Shown: in pieces, positions 59,646 to 64,000 of the stretch
How positions within the stretch are numbered: position 1 is the first letter of the stretch
Layout: each line of letters opens with the position of its first letter
NCBI GenBank assembly: GCA_030698565.1
Contig: JAUYJS010000008.1
Location: forward strand, 15,098-79,097
Direction: 5' to 3'
Origin: Candidatus Shapirobacteria bacterium
GTDB lineage: Bacteria; Patescibacteriota; Microgenomatia; UBA12405
DNA length: 64,000 nucleotides
Notes under the pieces: generated by a model
The model's input: only the letters and a program-made list of their open reading frames with translations
The model's database searches: none
What the model was told of the DNA's origin: nothing
Translations under genes and position numbers: made by a program

Positions 59646-59787
59646 TTTTGTTTGATTAACTTATATATATTTATATGTAATGTTGAATACAACACTCAAC
59701 CAGTATAATTCAATTTTGTATTGAAGTAAACAATCATATCATTGCCACCTTAAATCAAAGTTAAGTTCATAATTGAGTAACCTATAA

Positions 59788-60459
59788 TCATACTGATTCT
59801 TCAAAACGATAGCCTAAACCATACATAGATTTTATAAATTTATCTTTAGTAAAATTTTGCAACTTCTTTCGAATCCTTTTTATGTGGACATCAATTGTGT
59901 TTGAATTATAAAAATTTTTATCCTTCCAAACGTAGCTATATAACTCTTCTCTGGAAACCAACTTATCTCTATTGATTATCATATATCTTAAGAGTAGATA
60001 TTCTTGATGAGATAATTTTATAATTTGTTCATTCCAAAAAATACAATGTTTAGATAAATCCAGAACTAAATTACCAACTCTAATACATTTTCCCTTTTTA
60101 AGATCTTCTGTTCTTCTGAATAAAGCTCTAATCCTTGCTTCCAATTCAGCAAAGATAAAAGGTTTAGTTAAGTAATCATCCGCTCCAACATCCAATGCTT
60201 CAACAATTATTTCTTTATTTTCATTAGTGGTGAACAATAAAATTGCTACTTTTTTATCGGATTCTCTCACCTTTTTGCAAATGCTTATTCCATCAGTATC
60301 TGGTAAATAATAATCAATAATTAAAAGATCGTATTCCTTGTTACGAAATCTTTTTAATCCTTCCTTGCCCGCACCAGCCACATCAACACTATATTTATTT
60401 AGTTTCGTCTTAATAATTTTTGACAAATGTAAATCGTCTTCAATATAAAGAATATTCAT
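59788..60459 (-). CDS. OmpR-family response regulator
   Basis: YIEDD, IIDYYLP..DG, GADDYLTKPF, NTIDVHIKRIRKKL, GLGYR. Confidence 0.94.
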   Translation of the reverse strand: MNILYIEDDLHLSKIIKTKLNKYSVDVAGAGKEGLKRFRNKEYDLLIIDYYLPDTDGISICKKVRESDKKVAILLFTTNENKEIIVEALDVGADDYLTKPFIFAELEARIRALFRRTEDLKKGKCIRVGNLVLDLSKHCIFWNEQIIKLSHQEYLLLRYMIINRDKLVSREELYSYVWKDKNFYNSNTIDVHIKRIRKKLQNFTKDKFIKSMYGLGYRFEESV

Positions 60460-60524
60460 AATTTAATAATACTATTACAATAATCTGGCACGATTTCATT
60501 CCACTCCTAATCTTTAATTTAATA

Positions 60525-61415
60525 TTATTGATTTGGGATAATGATATTAAATTGACTACCTTTTCCATAAGTACTAGTAAAATTTATTTCTCCATTAAAA
60601 TAATCTTTAATGATATTTTGGCTAATATACAAACCAAAACCTGTTCTTTCATGGCTATTTTTATTAGTAAAGAAAGGTCGAAAAATCATTTTTCTGTCTT
60701 CATTTTTAATACCACAACCATTATCGATAATACTTATAAATAATTTATCAATTTCCTTTTTAATTTCGATCCGCACAAATCTTTCAACCCGGTCAATGTT
60801 TTTGAAAGAATCTATACTATTCATAATAATATTAGCTACTATTCTTGACAATTTTACCGAAAAACCCATAATCTGATTTTTGTGTACCGGTTGGAAAATT
60901 AATTTTACTTGCTGTCGTTCAGCTGTGTGAGTTAGGAGTAATAATATATTTTTAATTTCTACATTTAAATCAAATTGTTCTTTTGTTTCCTCGTGAACTA
61001 ATTGTTTTTGAGAATTTTTAATTATTGATTCGACTGTCTTTGAAGCTATTAGGGATTGATTAATTAAGCCCAAAATATCGAGACCATTATTTTTTAATAA
61101 TTTACACGACTCTTGTTTTAGACTATCTAAATTTAAGGAAATGACAGTTAGGGGATTTTTAATATCATGCAATAATCCCGCTGAAATTTTACCAAACTCA
61201 GCTAAATTATTTAAATCCATCATTCTTTGTAACTGATATTCTCTAATTTCCCTTGTTCTTTTATTAACTTCTATCTTTAGGTTTATATTTTGTTTCTTTA
61301 ATTTATTAGCCAAATTAACCGCTTCTTTTTCCCTAAATAAACTATAAAGGCCAAAAAGCCTAAAAACCGACATTAAAGATAATCTTTTTTTTGGCACGTT
61401 ATTAATATCCGACAT
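60525..61415 (-). CDS. Histidine kinase (HisKA + HATPase) with a minimal input region
   Basis: LLHDIKNPL, NIIMNSID, DNGCGI, FRPFFT, GFGLYIS. Confidence 0.9.
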   Translation of the reverse strand: MSDINNVPKKRLSLMSVFRLFGLYSLFREKEAVNLANKLKKQNINLKIEVNKRTREIREYQLQRMMDLNNLAEFGKISAGLLHDIKNPLTVISLNLDSLKQESCKLLKNNGLDILGLINQSLIASKTVESIIKNSQKQLVHEETKEQFDLNVEIKNILLLLTHTAERQQVKLIFQPVHKNQIMGFSVKLSRIVANIIMNSIDSFKNIDRVERFVRIEIKKEIDKLFISIIDNGCGIKNEDRKMIFRPFFTNKNSHERTGFGLYISQNIIKDYFNGEINFTSTYGKGSQFNIIIPNQ

Positions 61416-61544
61416 TTCTCGATTCTTTATTAGTCAGCACTCTTTTTAATAATTTATTCATTATTTTTCACCTCCTTTTCATTGTAATAGATAATCAATT
61501 CCATTAAACAACATAATGATGAACAAATTATGAATTCTATGTTC

Positions 61545-63307
61545 TTACAATTGTTCCAGTCGTAATTGCCATTCCTTTATGATAAAAAAACTATCATTCC
61601 AAATTTGTTTCGAGTTAATATCAATTCCAACTTCTTTTAAAATTTTTGTTGGATTCTGAGAACCACCAGCCATTAAAATAGTTTCGATATTAGATACAAA
61701 CTCTTGCCTTTCATTTTTATATCTGGCAAATAGTGCATAAGACAAAAGTTCACCAAAATTATAGGCATAACAGTAAAACGGGGTATTGACGATATGGGGG
61801 ATATATGACCATTCGTATTTAAATATCTGATCAATCTCCACACTATCACCAAATTGTTCTTTTAATGTCTCTAGCCATAATTCAGATAACTGTTTTGCAG
61901 TACAACCCTTAGAAATTAATTCATGGGCTCTAATTTCAAAAATAACAAAATAATTTTGTCTTAAAATTGAAGCATAAGAATCGGCCAATTTTTCCATTAG
62001 CATTGATTTTCTAATTTTTGGATCAGTTTCTTTTTGATATAAATTTTCAAACAAAATCATTTCCGCCAAAGTTGAAGCTGTTTCCGCCAAAGGCAAATTA
62101 GCGTGTTGGACAGAGGGTAGATGTTGACTTGCCAATAAACTATGAACCGCATGACCTAATTCATGAGCCAAGGTCGACACATCTCTAATTCTGCCAGTAA
62201 AATTCAGCATTACATACGGTGTAATTTTAGGGTTAACTGTGGCGCAAAAAGCGCCACTTCTTTTATTTGGTTGAGGATGACTATCGATATGTTTTTGGTC
62301 TATTACTTTATTGGCCAAGTTGCCAAATTGAGGTGAAAATTCATTAAAGACATCTTTTACTATTGCCACCGCTTCGTCAAATCTAATTTGCTTTTCTTTA
62401 CTTTCTATTGGGGCGTAAATATCAAATCTTTTCAGTTTATTTTGTCCAAGTATTTTAGCTTTATATTTGAAAAAATCTTGGAATATGGTTCTGTTTTTCT
62501 GGCAAACTGACAATAAATTTTCAATCGCTTTGTCACTAATTTGGTTGGCAAAGTTCCTAACTTGAATTGGTGTCTCGTAACCTCTCAGCTTAGCTTCGTA
62601 GTCCCAATCTTTAACAATCGCCTGATAAATGGCAAAAAATTTATCTAAATTATCCTTTTGTTTTTCTAGAAGAGATCTATAAGCTGCCTCCCTTAATTCC
62701 GCTTTAGGACTGTGGACCAAGGCTAATAGTTCTGATTGAGTTTTTATTTTTTTTTAATTTCATATTTAAATTCGGTTTCAATTAAATTTCTTAAATCAAT
62801 CAAAACATTACTCCCGCTTATATCTTTTTGGGCAATAATAATTTCTTCTTTTTGGCTTAAAGTGTACTTGGCCGCCAGCCGATTGTAATTTAATGAATAT
62901 TCCAAATCCTTAATCGCTCCAAAAAGTCTCTTGGCGTTTTTATCATCTAATTTCTCTTTTCCCTTAATTTTTTTGCCTTTTAACCAATGCGAAATTGGTC
63001 TGGTTTTATGACTATATTCTAAAAAAAGATTATCTGTCTGGCTTTTATAAAGTTTGGCTACAGAATTTTTCTGATCAACTGCTTCCATTAAATGAGGTAA
63101 ATAACTAAGACGAGACATTTGGCTAGTCAAGTTTTCTCTAAATTTCACCAACTTTTTAAAATCATTTTCTTTCATTGACGGATCTAATTTTAAAATCCAT
63201 CCATCTATTTTTTTTAACTCAACTTCAATTTCGTCATATAACTTAGAAAAATATTTTACTGGCAGAATATTATCCAGGTTCCATTTTAAAATTGTATCAA
63301 TTGACAT
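61545..63307 (-). pseudogene. pepF: Oligoendopeptidase F (M3B) split by a frameshift at an A9 tract
   Basis: N-terminal part (KWNLDNI) 62744-63307 and C-terminal part (KRSGAFC, TLAHELGH, AETAS, FYCYAY) are joined by a -1 shift at 62747-62755. Confidence 0.85.
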
Positions 63308-63344
63308 TATTTATTTTACCAGTCTTGGTCTGATACAATGGCTT

Positions 63345-64000
63345 GTGTCCCAAAAAATAATTATTGTTGGTGCTGGCCCGGCTGGGCTTTTTGCTGCTTT
63401 AGAATTGACCAAGGATGCCGACCATCCCGAAGTTACAATTATTGAACAAGGCCCGTCCTTAGAAAGTCGCCCCAGAACCGAAACTATGATTGGTGTAGGT
63501 GGGAGTGGTACATTTTCTGACGGTAAACTTCATTTCACTCCAGTTTTATCTCATGAAAAATTATTTGATCTTTACTCTTTGGAAGAATATCAAACTTTTT
63601 TAGATTATTCTGAAAAGTTATTTTTAGACTACGGTGTTACTGCTCCCAATACCCCGGAAAATTTAGCTGAAGCCGACGAGATAGTGGAACAATGTCACCA
63701 ACAAGGAATTAAATTATACATTCGTCGATGTCGTCATGTTGGTAGCGATATGTTGCCCGGGGTTGTTAAAAATATGGTTGATGAACTTGAAAAAAGAGGA
63801 GTTAAATTTATTTGTCAAACAAAAATTGACCAAATTGTTGCCAAATATAAAAAAATTATCAGTATTAAATCGGGGAATCAGAATTTTACAGCCGATTCTT
63901 TTTTAATCGCTCCAGGTCGAATTGGAGCTATCTGGTTTCAAAATCAGGCTAAAATTCTGGGTTTAAATTATAAATATCAGGAAGTAGAAATCGGAGTTAG
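63345..64000 (+). CDS. FAD-dependent oxidoreductase (runs off the window's right edge)
   Basis: GTG start; KIIIVGAGPAGLFAA, GVGGSGTFSDGKL, RHVGSD, IAPGRIG. Confidence 0.85.
   Translation, partial: MSQKIIIVGAGPAGLFAALELTKDADHPEVTIIEQGPSLESRPRTETMIGVGGSGTFSDGKLHFTPVLSHEKLFDLYSLEEYQTFLDYSEKLFLDYGVTAPNTPENLAEADEIVEQCHQQGIKLYIRRCRHVGSDMLPGVVKNMVDELEKRGVKFICQTKIDQIVAKYKKIISIKSGNQNFTADSFLIAPGRIGAIWFQNQAKILGLNYKYQEVEIGV

Noticed and set aside
59676-59691. TGTAA-N6-ATACA as a Crp/Fnr autoregulatory site
   Set aside because: Single degenerate match in very AT-rich DNA; not supportable
29334-64000. GC-skew switch at oriC
   Set aside because: Cannot be judged reliably by eye because gene-strand bias confounds it; needs computation

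Overview
Low-GC chromosomal window around the replication origin of what looks like a Patescibacteria/CPR (Microgenomates-like) bacterium; the taxonomy is inferred from gene content and protein style. Left to right it contains: partial rpsA; a tRNA-Ala/23S/5S unit with no 16S, and tRNA-Ile separated from it by dedA; an operon of a 7TM protein, an ATP-grasp/aspartic-protease fusion and two RimK-like ligases, head-to-head with six VirB2-like pilins and a VirB6-like protein; ftsH and envelope genes; the jag-yidC-yidD-rnpA-rpmH / dnaA-oriC-dnaN core; a PrgI-VirB4-M23 secretion cluster; repair and redox genes; an ECF sigma module; a ~12 kb BlaI/CopY-controlled copper/thiol island; Crp and a two-component pair; a frameshifted pepF; and a partial FAD oxidoreductase. 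Notable features are several palindromic repeat families (some inserted in-frame in proteins or into a duplicated tRNA fragment), a -10 box 5-10 nt before most start codons (leaderless architecture), and a GDCCVxC-like mini-gene ending at UGA. No CRISPR array, transposase or integrase was seen. All family assignments come from motif recognition, not database searches.
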